From the NCBI RefSeq assembly GCF_006345805.1, contig NW_021836876.1:1-36136 (forward strand): DNA of 36,136 bases. The letters are read 5' to 3'. This document shows, piece after piece, positions 35,346 to 36,136 of the stretch (its first letter is position 1; each line of letters begins with the position of its first letter). A program made the position numbers and the translations under genes. Source of the DNA: Octopus sinensis. Lineage: Eukaryota. Below the pieces are notes generated by a model that was given only the letters and a program-made list of their open reading frames with translations, ran no database searches and was not told the origin of the DNA.

Positions 35346-36136
35346 CAAAATTTAATCGATTAGTTCACTGTCAGGCAACGGTATCGATAGATGTTTCACT
35401 CTATACATATATAAAGGATTAGTAGCGAGAAAGAGTGACAACATTCGCAGGACTGTCTCTGAGCGTTGTCTAAAACGAACCAATTGGTTAACGTATTCTG
35501 GAGGACTTTTGAATCGGTGACTACAATGGATAATTTCCAGAATTCCTTGACTAACACCGGCTCGAGATAAACGCTACAGGCACGGATGCGCAGTCAGACG
35601 GGCTTGTCTGAAATGCGCGTTGAGAGACAAAACAGTTTTTGCACTCGTTCAGTTAACTTGCAAAGTTATAACGAACAGCTACTATGATTTGTTGGATGGA
35701 GCTGGTTGTCGGCTGAATCCATACTAATGATTACTCTGTCACTCTTCTTTAACCGAACAAGGAAAGTAGTTTTCCTCTGTCTAGTGGTTATAGAGAAAAA
35801 GGGTGTGTGATTGACGAGACTGAAAGATATGAGGACAGAGATTTTCTTCTTTGGTAGATCCCACATCAACCTTTTCAAGTTGTACTTGAAAAGGAATGTG
35901 AGAATGGGGAGTCTGGTGCTGTCCTCGAATGACTTTACTGAAAGATAGGTGAAAGTGACGAAAATGGCAAGAGTGGATGGTACTACGCAAAGTATAAGCC
36001 TGTAAGCCAGAAACCGATACCTGGAGAGATTTCTTGCTCTTCATGTTCAAGGAACCTTGGGTGGTGAATTTCCATGATTGGCAACGGAAGTCTTCCTGTA
36101 TCAAGAATATACTTAGATTCTTTTCTTTTTTCTTGT

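Overview
AT-rich, microsatellite-dense animal genomic DNA. The SINE families and TTAGGG repeats suggest a coleoid cephalopod, probably Octopus (inference). There is no intact protein-coding gene; nearly all ORFs in the track are translated microsatellites or antisense TE frames. The window holds three tRNA-derived SINE families (called A, B, C here, >25 copies or fragments), two decayed mariner transposons, a truncated Tc1, a non-autonomous Helitron, a Tigger/pogo-like MITE, three copies of an 8-bp-TSD MITE carrying TTAGGG repeats, and Penelope-like element (PLE) remnants. The main discovery is about 12 minimal type I hammerhead ribozyme (HHR) motifs from at least 4 unrelated sequence families. 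Several sit in ORF-less head-to-head foldback units whose outer ends abut (TA)n microsatellites (1331-1927, 26461-26690, 26727-27350, weaker 4641-4876). One lies downstream of a recognisable PLE GIY-YIG C-terminus (27804-28900). All folds were read by eye; none was computed or tested.
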